This document shows positions 49,724 through 60,296 of a stretch of 64,000 nucleotides of DNA, in pieces. A program made the translations under genes and the position numbers. Where the stretch lies: contig JAJFLP010000108.1 in the NCBI GenBank assembly GCA_021772635.1, positions 24,782 to 88,781 on the forward strand, in the 5' to 3' direction. The DNA comes from Verrucomicrobiota bacterium (GTDB taxonomy: Bacteria > Verrucomicrobiota > Lentisphaeria > JABSQK01 > JAJFLO01). The notes under the pieces were generated by a model, which saw only the letters and a list, made by a program, of their open reading frames with translations, was not told the origin of the DNA and made no database searches. The stretch's first letter is position 1. Each line of letters starts with the position of its first letter.

Positions 49724-51073
49724 ATGAGAGGAATGATTGTAAAACTATTCACCGCAACATGTTTAATCGCATTAACTAATACCGGATTCAGTTTCTGTGG
49801 CTTCTACGTCGCGAAGGCGGATACGAAGCTTTTCAACAAGGCGTCACAAGTCGTATTGGTCCGAGATGAGGATCGCACGGTATTGACGATGGCCAATGAT
49901 TTTAGCGGTGATCTCAAAGAATTCGCGATTGTGATACCTGTTCCCACGTTCTTAGAAAGGGAGCAGATTCATATTGGCGATAAAGCGATAATCGAACATC
50001 TGGATGCATACTCTGCTCCGCGGTTAGTTGAGTATTTCGATGAGGATCCATGCAGAGTGACACGTTACATGGAAATGAATATGATGAAGTCGGCAGGTGC
50101 CAAGCGACAAAGGGACGACGCAAAGGCGGCTAGCCTCGGAGTCACGATTGAGGCTGAATATACAATCGGCGAATATGATATTCTTATTCTCTCTGCGAAA
50201 CAGAGCGACGGGCTCCAAACCTGGTTGGTAGACAGCGGGTATAAGATGCCGAAAGGGGCTGAGAAGGTCCTGGGAAGTTATATTAAGCAAAAGATGCGAT
50301 TTTTCGTAGCGAAAGTGAACCTCACGGAACAATCGAAATTGGGATATACTTTCTTGCGCCCGATTCAAGTGGCGTACGAATCGCCGAAATTCATGTTGCC
50401 GATTCGATTGGGTACACTGAATGCCGATGGCGCTCAGGAGCTGTACGTATACGCGCTGACGCGTAAGGGAAGAGTCGAAACTACGAATTACCGAACCGTG
50501 AAATTGCCGACAGGGATGGATTTACCGATATACATAAAGAACGACTTCGGTGATTTCTATCGCGATATGTTCGCGGAACAGGTTAAGAGAGAGAACAATA
50601 GCGTTGTGTTCCTGGAGTACGCGTGGGATATGAACTGGTGTGACCCGTGCGCCGCTGATCCGTTGTCGGAAAAGGAGCTTAGGGAGTTAGGCGTATTTTG
50701 GATATCCGACGGCACACAGAAAGGCGGTCCGGGTAAATTGCGCGCGCCGCCGACGGCTGCGCGCGACGTTTTCGTTACACGGTTGCATGTGCGTTACGAT
50801 GCCGACCGCTTTCCTGAAGATCTCTTTTTCCAAGTCACTGGCGATCGCCAGAACTTCCAGGGACGTTACGTACTTCGTCATCCGTGGAAGGGAGATGAAG
50901 ACTGCGATGAGGCAGTACGATATCGTGAAGGATTACGTGACCGGTTCGAACGCGAAGCCAAGCAACTCGCAAACCTGACAGGCTGGGATATCAACGAGAT
51001 TCGAGGCAAAATCGACTTCGGAAGAGTTCCTGAACCACCGGAGCCGTGGTGGCGCAAATTATGGCGGCGCTGA
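49724..51073 (+). CDS. Secreted hypothetical protein (DUF2330-like)
   Basis: Signal peptide, the conserved FAIVIPVP segment and a Cys-containing region. The DUF2330 call is from memory of the family and is not verified. Confidence 0.4.
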   Translation: MRGMIVKLFTATCLIALTNTGFSFCGFYVAKADTKLFNKASQVVLVRDEDRTVLTMANDFSGDLKEFAIVIPVPTFLEREQIHIGDKAIIEHLDAYSAPRLVEYFDEDPCRVTRYMEMNMMKSAGAKRQRDDAKAASLGVTIEAEYTIGEYDILILSAKQSDGLQTWLVDSGYKMPKGAEKVLGSYIKQKMRFFVAKVNLTEQSKLGYTFLRPIQVAYESPKFMLPIRLGTLNADGAQELYVYALTRKGRVETTNYRTVKLPTGMDLPIYIKNDFGDFYRDMFAEQVKRENNSVVFLEYAWDMNWCDPCAADPLSEKELRELGVFWISDGTQKGGPGKLRAPPTAARDVFVTRLHVRYDADRFPEDLFFQVTGDRQNFQGRYVLRHPWKGDEDCDEAVRYREGLRDRFEREAKQLANLTGWDINEIRGKIDFGRVPEPPEPWWRKLWRR

Positions 51074-51124
51074 TCTATCGCCATTTTGCTGTTCGGACGG
51101 CAATGTCATCAAGTTAAGGAATTA

Positions 51125-51235
51125 TATATATTGGGGACCGTTGGAGTTCGCGCTTCAGCGTGGTATTTCTTACCAGGAACTTAAGAACCACGCCCCGCGA
51201 CTGCGTGGGCGCGAACTCCAACATGCGCCTTGAAC
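51125..51235. repeat. Family A hairpin copy (GTTGGAGTTCGCGCTTCAGCGTGG ... CGCGAACTCCAAC)
   Basis: Arms at 51135-51150 and 51211-51226. Confidence 0.65.
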
Positions 51236-51601
51236 CTGTCTCGTTTCCTTAACTTAGATGTAAAGTTGAGCTAATCGGCTTATTCGAGCAGAGATTAGGG
51301 CTTGTAGCAGAATACTGATGAATTATTCAGGTTAGGTGGCTCTTTGCGAGAAATGGAAATTTTCGGGTTGAAAATAGTCCCGAATTCGTTCACTATATGT
51401 AACTATTCAGGTTGTCTGATTCAGACGTTTAACGGCTAAGTTAAGAACTAAGAGGGTCGAACCGTTGTTTAGGTTTGTTCTTCCAATTACCAGGTTTTTA
51501 ACCGCTGAACGGTGAACCCTGAACCCTGAACCGTTAACGTTTCAATTCTCATACCGCGTGGGTGTTTTCCACGGAGGCTGAAGAATATTCTTACCAATTA
51601 T

Positions 51602-51678
51602 GGGGCTGTAGCTCAGTTGGCTAGAGCGGCTGGTTCGCAATCAGCAGGCCACCGGTTCGAGCCCGGTCAGCTCCACCA
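51602..51678 (+). tRNA. tRNA-Ala (anticodon CGC)
   Basis: Cloverleaf folded by hand. Acceptor GGGGCUG/CAGCUCC carries the G3:U70 alanine identity pair. D arm GCUC-AGUUGGCUA-GAGC, anticodon loop UUCGCAA, T arm ACCGG-UUCGAGC-CCGGU, encoded CCA. Confidence 0.85.
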
Positions 51679-51844
51679 GCCTTCGCTCTGAACTTGTGAA
51701 TAGCGAAGGCGGGCGTTAATCCCAAGCTTCGGCCTGGCAAGGCATCATCCGCTTTGAAATTGTAAAAGTGAAGGCAAACTTCCCCCACGTATCCGTATCA
51801 GGCGAATTCCGTTCCACTCGCGCCAATATTTCTATTGATTCGGA

Positions 51845-51935
51845 AAATATACTGCAAGCAGTACAGTTTTTTGCCAACTTTGAATTCGTTACCTAAGATG
51901 ATCTATGTTGAGCCTAGCGAAATCCGCCGCGGTGG
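51845..51935. repeat. Degenerate reverse-orientation repeat copy (ATACTGCAAGCAGTACAG plus TTGAATTCGTTACCTAAG)
   Basis: Reverse complement of the TTGTACTGCTTGCAGTAT module, plus a degenerate copy of GACTTTGAATTCATTACTTAAGGG. Confidence 0.5.
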
Positions 51936-52240
51936 AAACGATATTTCGAAAACCCGACGGTGTTGCATATAGCGTCGTTGCGATATCGCCGTACCTCATG
52001 GCGTAAATCGAAATAAATTTTCCCTGACTGCTATTTCAATTTGATCATTTCGTCAATACAGTCCACTCGTTGAGTTTTACGCCATTAGCGCAATTTCGAG
52101 AATCGCGTTCGATGTAAACTCCTGGTTTTGCTGACCAGGGCAATCCGAATTGCATAGTGGCCCGGAATTAATCACACACTAGACCCCAAAACCGAAGGCC
52201 ATTTCATTCCTCCACGCGGGGCCGAGGCGATCAGGACAAT

Positions 52241-52612
52241 ATGACACAAATACTGCTAGTAGAAGATGACAAAATGCTTCGAACGGCGATTCGTAAGGGA
52301 TTGGACCGTGATGATCTGGAATTGCACGAAGCTTCGAACGGCGCGGAGGGGCTGCAGTTGTTTCGCGAGAAGCCCACTGATATCGTAATTACAGATATTT
52401 TTATGCCAGAGAAAAGTGGTGTAGCGGTAATCAGTGAACTTCGAGAGGAGTTTCCTGATGTGAAGATTATCGCTATGTCGGGCGCACATGGTGGTACCTG
52501 CAAACTAAGTTCTGTTCTGATGATTGGAGCCGACAGATACCTTCAGAAGCCGTTCCAAATATCTGAATTGCTGGTATTGATAGATGAATTGATCGTGGAG
52601 ATAGATTGTTAG
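52241..52612 (+). CDS. Single-domain response regulator (CheY-like receiver)
   Basis: ILLVEDD...VITDIFMPEKSG...IIAMSG. Paralogous to the regulator at 63319-63690. Confidence 0.8.
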   Translation: MTQILLVEDDKMLRTAIRKGLDRDDLELHEASNGAEGLQLFREKPTDIVITDIFMPEKSGVAVISELREEFPDVKIIAMSGAHGGTCKLSSVLMIGADRYLQKPFQISELLVLIDELIVEIDC

Positions 52613-52802
52613 CCCCAATTCCAACGAACCTTTCGTTGGATTTTCTTCGTAATCGAACTCGAAATCATAATCGTAATCTCTTTCCGAATTTCACCTCGAA
52701 AAACTAGAGATACTATGATTACGAGTAAGTGTAAGATTACGAATCGGAATGTTCGCTTATTTAGAGTGTTAGCAGTCAATTTCTCAGAAGAAGGGGTAAT
52801 AG

Positions 52803-53204
52803 ATGAGCGCACTACGTATACTAATAGTTGACGACGAATCCTTTAGCCGAAAAATACTAGAGCAATGTCTGAGAGAGTACGGGGAATGTGATACTGTCAC
52901 CGATGGCCTCGGAGCGGTTCAGGCCGTACGAGCGGCTCACGTTGAGGGCCGTCGGTACGATTGTGTAATGCTTGACATCGACATGCCCAGCATGAACGGG
53001 CATGAAGCCTTAGCGACAATACGTAAATTCGAGGATGATGAGGGGATCGAAAAAGACGACTCCGTTAACGTAATTATGGTTACGGGGTGTGAAGAGACCG
53101 ATGACTATCGTCAATCATTTGATCAAAGATGTTCGGCGTACATCGTGAAACCTATTAAGAAACAGAATCTTGACGTAGCGTTGAAGCGACTAGGATTGAT
53201 TTAG
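52803..53204 (+). CDS. Single-domain response regulator (CheY-like receiver)
   Basis: ILIVDDE...VMLDIDMPSMNG...VIMVTG receiver motifs. 133 aa. Confidence 0.8.
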   Translation: MSALRILIVDDESFSRKILEQCLREYGECDTVTDGLGAVQAVRAAHVEGRRYDCVMLDIDMPSMNGHEALATIRKFEDDEGIEKDDSVNVIMVTGCEETDDYRQSFDQRCSAYIVKPIKKQNLDVALKRLGLI

Positions 53205-53545
53205 TTTGCCCGATCTAATTTTGAATCGGGATTTGGAAACAAGAAGCCCCATTCTCGGTTTGGTATCGACGTATAGGCGACTTAAGGTTCTGTCACGTAA
53301 GAGATCCTTAACGATCGAAAACTCCGAGGCGGAATGGATATCGCCCACGATCTCTCCCCGTATTCTCGGAGTCCGCTCGTGCGGACCGCATAAGCGCGAG
53401 TCTCGGACATTCTGAATCGGGATTTGATAACAGGCAGTACAATTCTTGGAAGACTTTTAACTTATCACCTAAAGGTTTCCGAACGGTCTATTTTTAACCG
53501 GCATTCTGCTGGCCAGCAGGACGCTTAATCGAAAACCCAATGAAG
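53205..53545. repeat. Repeat array: the GAATCGGGATTTGGAAACAAGAAG module, the S double hairpin, GAATCGGGATTTGATAACAGGCAG and palindrome Q
   Basis: The run 53225-53250 and the run 53413-53438 match 5641-5665 and 48485-48508. The run 53350-53410 matches 5582-5640. Q lies at 53492-53545. Confidence 0.75.
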
Positions 53546-53808
53546 ATGGGTATGTATATGGGTTCTCCAAGCCCCGAACCTCTGTTTCCGGGAACGGCGT
53601 CACGATCGAATACTCAATAAATCGATCAGTAGAATCCAATGCTTTCCGCGGTGGCGTCGCGCTTTCGAAATTCCCTCCCGCGTTTAAGGTTCTTTTGCAA
53701 AGGACTATCCATTACAAAAAATCGAATTTGATTACCGACTTAGACTCCAAGTGGTCAAAATCCAAGATTTCGCAACTATCGGTATAACTCCTAACGTTCT
53801 TAATCGCG

Positions 53809-54594
53809 ATGCGACGTAAAAATATCCAAAATCCGGATCAACTCGAATTATTTTCGCTTGATGCAAGCCGCGAAGTCGAATCATCAACTGCGACCGATAA
53901 TGCGGCTCAGGATCAGGAAGCGCCTCCGAAGTTGATCAATGATGATAATTTTGAGGACCCTTCCATCGAACTTAGCGAAGGCGATATCTCAAACGGAGAT
54001 TCTGATACCGAACAGGTCGTAATCACAATTCCTGATGACGGCGGAAAGACAGTTGGAAAGACACTGCGCGAGACCCGTGAACGCCTGAATCTTAGTATAA
54101 GCGCGGTAGCTGAGGCAACGCGTATTCGGGCAGATTATATCGAATATCTGGAAGCAGATGACTTTCAGAAACTCCCGGCGGCATCTATTTATACGAAATC
54201 TTACCTTAAATCGTTGTGTCGAGAATATGATTTACCCTACGAGGCACTGAGGGATAAATACGAAAACTCCAGTCACAAAAAGAGAACTCCGGCCCCGATT
54301 ACGGTTAGCGACCGGATTTTGCCGCAGACCAGGGAGAATCCTCCCGAGGAGCAGCCGGCGGTGCCAGATAAAGACGCTGATTATGAGTCCGCCCTCAAAT
54401 TGGCGTGGGTAATTACGGGCCTGGTCTTTTCCGTGGCCGTTATCGTTCTCGTGTATGTAATAGGAAGTCGCGATGGAATCAATGTTAAGCAGGGCAGTGA
54501 ACTGAATACGGTAATTACAGATAGTGATCTCGAACGGTTCATCCCGCCGGAGCAACTGACTTTTGAGGAGCTTCCGCTCGACGGTCAAGATTAA
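53809..54594 (+). CDS. RodZ-like cytoskeleton protein (N-terminal HTH, one transmembrane helix, C-terminal periplasmic region)
   Basis: HTH region TLRETRERLNLSISAVAEATRIRADYIEYLE, then a transmembrane helix LAWVITGLVFSVAVIVLVYVIG. Confidence 0.55.
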   Translation: MRRKNIQNPDQLELFSLDASREVESSTATDNAAQDQEAPPKLINDDNFEDPSIELSEGDISNGDSDTEQVVITIPDDGGKTVGKTLRETRERLNLSISAVAEATRIRADYIEYLEADDFQKLPAASIYTKSYLKSLCREYDLPYEALRDKYENSSHKKRTPAPITVSDRILPQTRENPPEEQPAVPDKDADYESALKLAWVITGLVFSVAVIVLVYVIGSRDGINVKQGSELNTVITDSDLERFIPPEQLTFEELPLDGQD

Positions 54595-54680
54595 TGGATT
54601 AGTCACGAGCCTGATCCATGCGTAAGGCGAGCAAGTGATGGAGAATATGGTATTCCTTGGTGTCTACCGAAAGTAATGGT

Positions 54681-54766
54681 CCCACATGCGGGACGAAATA
54701 TCGTTCGGAAATTCTTGGCTGATAAATTCGAAGCTATCCCAAAAATGTACTGCTTGCAGTATAAGA
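54681..54766. repeat. Composite repeat (partial T hairpin, module R and the palindrome ATGTACTGCTTGCAGTAT) between convergent genes
   Basis: Matches 45079-45143 and 60205-60270. Confidence 0.7.
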
Positions 54767-54837
54767 TGCGCTTCGTTCGAGTATATGTTCCGTATTACAT
54801 ACCACGTATGTAACCTTATACAGTTCCCGCCACTATC

Positions 54838-57411
54838 TCAACTTCCTTCGCGCGGTCGTCCTTCTCCCGCGGTTCCGTCGCCCGTCTCCGCGGGAGCTTC
54901 TTCGAACATGAACGCCCAGTCCTCGGAAAACGTTGTATCGGATTCCGTTCCCAGACGCTTATAATATGCATCGAGAAGAGTCTGTTGCTCCTGTCGACGA
55001 TATTGCGGCAGCCAGAAACTTTTTATGCTGGTATAGTCCTCTTCCTTGGGAAGCGAGTGTGACGTAATAAAAACGAGAATTGCACCGTTTGAAGTGTCCG
55101 TCGGCGCAGCCAGAGATTTGGATTTCGTCGTTTGCGCGATCGTTTTTATGACTTCTTTGTTTCGACCAGCCGGCCCCTGATTTAAGGAGAACTCTTTCGT
55201 TTCAATGAATTCGTAATCTCCTATGGCTTCCTCGAATGCGACTCCTTCTGCCAACTTGCCACTTATCTTGTCGTACGCGGCGCGGCACCCCGTCCTGGCG
55301 GCGGCAACAGCCCGCTCGTTTAGAAGGTCGGCTCGGGCCTTCTTGGCTTGTCGCGTCAAGACCAGGACGGGGGTGGTTTCTTCATCCGATGCCGCGTCGT
55401 TTGCGACGTTTGTCGCTTCCTGAGTTTCCATAAAACTAGGTAGATATGAATCTCGCGATCCCTGCCAGCAGGCAACGTAGAAATACCGACCAGACTTGAT
55501 TACCTCAGACAATGGATTTTCAATACCGAGTTTACTTGCCTCTTTAGCCAGAGTTCCGGTGACGCCTGGCACGTCGGGAACATTGTATTGGTCCGGCGTG
55601 AAAAATCCGGATGTGTAAGGAATCGTCGGTATCTTGGCGTCCTTATATGATTTGGCAAACGTCGAGAAACCGCCAGCTTTCTGTTTATCTGGAGTTCCGG
55701 ATAGACGCGAATGTACCGCGATCGCGAAGTTTAACGCATCCTCTGATGCGGAGGCTTCTGCGAGATTCTTACGTTCTTGCGCTAGTTTACGAACAATCTC
55801 CACTTTAACATCGGCGAATGCCTGCTCTGAACGCGAATCAATTTTCTCTATGATATGAAACCCGAACTGAGTTTCAACAACGTCGCTTATCTTCCCGTTC
55901 TCTAAACCGAATACAGCATCTTCGAACGTCTTAACCATTCTCCCGCGTCCAAAGTAGCCAAGGTCACCGCCTTTATCCGCATTGCTGTCGTCCTCACTGT
56001 GTAGCCGGGCAAGCTCTTTGAAATTTTTCTTCTCTCGTGCCTCACTCAGGATCTCCTGCAGTTTTTTGCGTTTTTCATTTTTCGATTCTATCGATTCGCC
56101 AGCTTCGGCTTTGATCAAGATATGTCGGGCGTGTACCTCTTCGTTGGAATAGAGCTTAGCTTTGTTCTTTTCGTAATACGCTTTCGCAAGTTCTGTATCA
56201 CGTTCATTGATGAGCAACGTGCGAATACGATGCTTAACGTCGTCGAACGGTATGGTATCTCGTTCGCCGGCTTTTCTGATTATGTGGAACCCCGATTTGC
56301 CTTCAATAACTTCACTGATGCCGCCGTGCTTCAGCTCCATCGCAGCTTTCTCAAATGCATCGCCATAACGAAGTTTCAGTAGCTGCGGAGCCGTAAATCC
56401 TGTGTCACCCCCTTTATTTTTCCCAGATGCATCTTCCGTGAAGGTGTCGGCAAGCTTCTTGAAATCACCGCCATTGCGAACTTCTAATAGTATTTTTTGC
56501 AATTCCCCGCGTCGCGCTTCTTTCTCTTCGTCTGTGGCGCCAGCTTCGATTTTTAAAAGGATATGATTAAGGCGAACTTGTTTGCGGGAATATTTTTCGG
56601 ACTTATTCGCCTCGTAGTACGCCTTCAGTTCTGTTTCAGAAACCAACGGCTCTTCCTCATATTCCGCACTGTCGAAAACGACAACCTGGAATTGGTTCTG
56701 GATTGCGACACGATACTTTTCCTCAACATTCTCGTTGAAATATATTTCGAGCTCTTCCTCGGTTATTTCTATGTCACTGGAATACTTATATGAGGTAAAC
56801 TCGGATACCTGCGCATTACACTTTGTAAAATACTCAAGGTACGCGGCGCGCGCATCGGTTTCTGAAACGGTCACGGTCGCGGTTACCCGCTTTTCGATCC
56901 TTTCAACAATGATATTATCGCGGATAATTTCGTCGAAGTCTTTCGCGGAAAGGTTGTTGACTGACAGGATGGAGTTCTTGAAGTTGTTGAATTTGGCCCG
57001 GTCGAATGCGTTATTTGTCTGGAACAGCGGACGCTTGAGAATATGATCTCTAATTTCGTCCTGGGTCACGGAGTCGCAGCCGAGTACGCGTGCCTGGTGT
57101 ATTGCCCGCATCCTATTTAATACTTCCTGTGCAAGGATTCGAGTGATTCGGTCATTGTTGGAACCAAGGTAGCGCTGGTAATCGACGAAGAATTTAACGC
57201 GGACCGCGGTCAATTGCCGAAAAAAATCAATTCGGTTAATCGGTTTCCCGTACATGGTTCCGATTTTTACGTCGCGACCTGAGCCGCCTTGGAAGCTACC
57301 ACCCCAATCTCCGTATAAAAAGACGAATGGCAGGATGATCGCGCCGCCAATGAAAAAGTAAGTAATTCGTCCGTGTTTCGCACAGAATCTGTTAATACTG
57401 GAGATTATCAT
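54838..57411 (-). CDS. ppiD: PpiD/SurA-like membrane-anchored chaperone with two parvulin-type PPIase domains
   Basis: N-terminal transmembrane anchor. Two rotamase domains (VRLNHILLKIEAG...GFHIIRK and VHARHILIKAEAG...GFHIIEK). 857 aa. Confidence 0.7.
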   Translation of the reverse strand: MIISSINRFCAKHGRITYFFIGGAIILPFVFLYGDWGGSFQGGSGRDVKIGTMYGKPINRIDFFRQLTAVRVKFFVDYQRYLGSNNDRITRILAQEVLNRMRAIHQARVLGCDSVTQDEIRDHILKRPLFQTNNAFDRAKFNNFKNSILSVNNLSAKDFDEIIRDNIIVERIEKRVTATVTVSETDARAAYLEYFTKCNAQVSEFTSYKYSSDIEITEEELEIYFNENVEEKYRVAIQNQFQVVVFDSAEYEEEPLVSETELKAYYEANKSEKYSRKQVRLNHILLKIEAGATDEEKEARRGELQKILLEVRNGGDFKKLADTFTEDASGKNKGGDTGFTAPQLLKLRYGDAFEKAAMELKHGGISEVIEGKSGFHIIRKAGERDTIPFDDVKHRIRTLLINERDTELAKAYYEKNKAKLYSNEEVHARHILIKAEAGESIESKNEKRKKLQEILSEAREKKNFKELARLHSEDDSNADKGGDLGYFGRGRMVKTFEDAVFGLENGKISDVVETQFGFHIIEKIDSRSEQAFADVKVEIVRKLAQERKNLAEASASEDALNFAIAVHSRLSGTPDKQKAGGFSTFAKSYKDAKIPTIPYTSGFFTPDQYNVPDVPGVTGTLAKEASKLGIENPLSEVIKSGRYFYVACWQGSRDSYLPSFMETQEATNVANDAASDEETTPVLVLTRQAKKARADLLNERAVAAARTGCRAAYDKISGKLAEGVAFEEAIGDYEFIETKEFSLNQGPAGRNKEVIKTIAQTTKSKSLAAPTDTSNGAILVFITSHSLPKEEDYTSIKSFWLPQYRRQEQQTLLDAYYKRLGTESDTTFSEDWAFMFEEAPAETGDGTAGEGRPREGS

Positions 57412-57570
57412 GAGTTATAACCAAACTTTTGTTGGATTTGCAGTGGTGTATCTCGAATTTCCAAGGAACAGTCGTTATACTTTAACAGGCTACCCGGAAA
57501 TGGATGGTATCGAGACGTTTCGCTGTCGCGAGCCGCATAAAAAAGGAACCTTTGCAAGCGGTATCTACGG

Positions 57571-57732
57571 CTAATCTAACGGCTCGAACTCGGTTTTGTT
57601 CGCGAAGCATAACGGGCAGACCCAGTCGTCTGGAATCTCATCAAATGGTGTATCCGTTTGTATTCCCTGCGTTGGATCCCCGATTGCTGGATCGTAAATA
57701 TAGCCGCAGAGCAGGCATACATAACATTCCAT
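57571..57732 (-). CDS. Rubredoxin
   Basis: CLLCGYIYDP ... DWVCPLC, the classic two CxxC rubredoxin knuckles. The start is taken at MECYVC rather than the upstream ATG. Confidence 0.85.
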   Translation of the reverse strand: MECYVCLLCGYIYDPAIGDPTQGIQTDTPFDEIPDDWVCPLCFANKTEFEPLD

Positions 57733-57738
57733 TGAATT

Positions 57739-57853
57739 CCACCAGTGGGTTTCATTCGCCGACCGTTGACGTGCCAATCAGCGCTCTCGTCGGAGACGAA
57801 CAGTCTCATTCCGGGTGACAGCGGAATTCGGCTGCGTCGAGGCAGTTGATTCC
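57739..57853. repeat. Repeat module U copy immediately upstream of rubredoxin
   Basis: CCACCAGTGGGTTTCATTC at 57739-57757 and CGAGGCAGTTGATTCC at 57838-57853. Confidence 0.55.
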
Positions 57854-58113
57854 GGACTGCTGGCTCATGTGCGCGCGAACTGAAAAATTCGCCCATACAC
57901 TATGGTTAGTTTCCATTAATACAAATTGATTTTCCAGGCTGTTCTTGATCAGGTCGCTCGATCAATAGGGAGGTTTTTCCACGGTGTCATTTCTCGGGGT
58001 TGTTCGTATAGAATCGGATGCTTTGGACTATCACACGCGAGTTCGAAGGTGTATTCTGGCAGTCGGGGAATAGCGGTATTTTCGCCAACAGTATTACTTA
58101 AATATTAGCGGGG

Positions 58114-59259
58114 ATGATTTTTAGAATGCTCTGGTGGCCTACTTATTTTATCATCGCTGCAGGCGCGGCCGTGATCACGGCGGTATTCACCCCGGCGTGC
58201 CGCTACTTCAGTTGGAAACTTGATATCCTCGATAAGCCCCTGGGCGAGTTTCATAAGAAGCACGACGCTGCGACACCGCTTCTCGGAGGATTGGCGTTGC
58301 TGGCGGGATGGACGGCTACAATTTTCGTTGGAGTCTGGTTAATATTGATTTCGAAACATCATCTTCCTCCTCCGGTTAGTGAGTTAGTGCCTGGCATACG
58401 TTCCGTGTTACCCCTTCTCTACGTAATCACTGCCGGCGCCGTTGCGCTAACATGCGTTGGGCTTATCGACGATTGGAAGCCGATGGGCCCATTTGTAAAA
58501 CTCTTACTCCAGTTACTAATATGCGCCGCCGTCGCTGCATACCCGAAGATCCGAATTACTGTATTTATCAGCACACCGTTCGTAACATGGGCGATTACTA
58601 CATGCTGGTTCATGCTGATAATAAACGCTTTTAATTTTTTCGACAATATGGACGGTTTGGCCTCTGGCATTGCGTTGATCGCAGCAATGTTATTCACCTT
58701 GGTCGCCGTGTTACGTTGCCAGTATTTGGTCGGTGCGCTCGGCGCGGTCACGGCAGGAACCGCGTTCGGCTTTTATCTGTACAATAGATATCCCGCATCG
58801 ATTTTTATGGGCGATTCCGGTAGCCATTTTCTCGGTTATATCTTGGCTGTGATAGGGGCCCTGACTTTGTTCTACCAGCCCGAGTCTTCCCCTACAGTCG
58901 CGCCGCTCCTGATACCTATACTGGTAATGGCGGTCCCGATCTTCGACGCCTTTGCCGTGATTGTGATAAGATTCAAATCCGGTAACCCGATTTACTACGG
59001 AGATCACAATCATATATCTCACCGGTTTCATCATATGGGGCTGGATCGGGAAACTTCGGTGTTTCTCGTACATTTATTGTCGCTGACGATTGGGCTTGGC
59101 GCAGTAACTCTTCTGTGGCTGGAAACGAAAGGTGCAGTAATCGTCATTGTACAGTCTACAGCGATACTAACGTTGGTAACTGTATTACACACGAATAACT
59201 CCAGAAGAATCTCGCGGAATAACGGTAATAATGACTCTGACATCGACGGAACTGAATAA
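58114..59259 (+). CDS. Glycosyltransferase family 4 polyprenyl-phosphate sugar-1-phosphate transferase (WecA/MraY family)
   Basis: The signature NAFNFFDNMDGLASG and about 10 transmembrane helices. Confidence 0.8.
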   Translation: MIFRMLWWPTYFIIAAGAAVITAVFTPACRYFSWKLDILDKPLGEFHKKHDAATPLLGGLALLAGWTATIFVGVWLILISKHHLPPPVSELVPGIRSVLPLLYVITAGAVALTCVGLIDDWKPMGPFVKLLLQLLICAAVAAYPKIRITVFISTPFVTWAITTCWFMLIINAFNFFDNMDGLASGIALIAAMLFTLVAVLRCQYLVGALGAVTAGTAFGFYLYNRYPASIFMGDSGSHFLGYILAVIGALTLFYQPESSPTVAPLLIPILVMAVPIFDAFAVIVIRFKSGNPIYYGDHNHISHRFHHMGLDRETSVFLVHLLSLTIGLGAVTLLWLETKGAVIVIVQSTAILTLVTVLHTNNSRRISRNNGNNDSDIDGTE

Positions 59260-60121
59260 TATCATTCGACAAGCGCTTGCAGAAGATATCGGAAGCGGCG
59301 ACTCGACGTCGACTGCGATCATACCGCGTGTTGTCAGTATAACCGGCCACATCAGGGTACGGGAGAATTGTATAATTGCGGGACTCCCAGTCGTCGAGCA
59401 AGTTTATAGTGAACTGGATCCGTCTCTGTCGATCGACTGTTTGGTCGTAGACGGTGACTGTTGCGAAGCGCATTCCACCGTTGCAACCATTTCCGGGAGC
59501 GCACGTTCAGTCCTGACTGGTGAACGAACTGCCTTGAATTTTCTACAAAGATTATCCGGTGTTGCAACTGTTACGAGTCAATACGTAGCAGCTTTGGGAG
59601 ATTCCACCGATACTAAAATCCTTGATACACGCAAAACGACTCCCGGCCTTCGGATTCTCGAAAAATACGCGGTACGGATGGGCGGCGGAACGAACCATAG
59701 GATGGGGCTTCATGACCGAATAATGATCAAGGATAACCACCGGTATATTGCGTCACTTGAGGGGCCCGGTGGTATTACACGTGCAATCGATATTTGCCGG
59801 AAAGAGTACCCGGCCTTGGAAGTCGAGGTTGAAGCAGACACACTCGAACAGGTCCGAGAAGCACTGCAAGGGAAAGCCGACTATGTTTTGTTGGATAACA
59901 TGTCGAATGTCGAACTTATTGAGGCCGTCGAGTTGAGAGATACGTTCCGTTCACAAGCTCTACTTGAAGCTAGCGGCGGGATCACGATGTCACGGATCCC
60001 TGAAATTCGCGGTATCGGTCTCGATTTTATATCGGTTGGCGCGATAACGCATTCTGCTGGTGCCATTGATATTGGATTAGACTTTCATGAGCAAGCTTGT
60101 TACCCGGAAACACCGGAATAA
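59231..60121 (+). CDS. nadC: Nicotinate-nucleotide diphosphorylase (quinolinate phosphoribosyltransferase)
   Basis: N-terminus IRQALAEDIGSGD, then LDTRKTTPGLR and IMIKDNH motifs. Confidence 0.85.
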   Translation: MTLTSTELNNIIRQALAEDIGSGDSTSTAIIPRVVSITGHIRVRENCIIAGLPVVEQVYSELDPSLSIDCLVVDGDCCEAHSTVATISGSARSVLTGERTALNFLQRLSGVATVTSQYVAALGDSTDTKILDTRKTTPGLRILEKYAVRMGGGTNHRMGLHDRIMIKDNHRYIASLEGPGGITRAIDICRKEYPALEVEVEADTLEQVREALQGKADYVLLDNMSNVELIEAVELRDTFRSQALLEASGGITMSRIPEIRGIGLDFISVGAITHSAGAIDIGLDFHEQACYPETPE

Positions 60122-60158
60122 CACGACATGAGGAGAAATTTATCCCAACAATCGCGGA

Positions 60159-60270
60159 GTTTTCGACTAATCGTTCTGCTGGCCAGCAGAATGCCGGTTA
60201 AAAATGTATCGTTCGGAAATTCTTGGCTGATACCTTCAATGCTACCCCAAAATTGTACTGCTTGCAGTAT
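60159..60270. repeat. Repeat array: palindrome Q in reverse orientation, module R and the palindrome TTGTACTGCTTGCAGTAT, ending 27 bp before fetA
   Basis: Q at 60159-60203, R at 60205-60250, P at 60253-60270. Confidence 0.75.
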
Positions 60271-60296
60271 ATCCCTGAATCATCAGCACGCAATTA

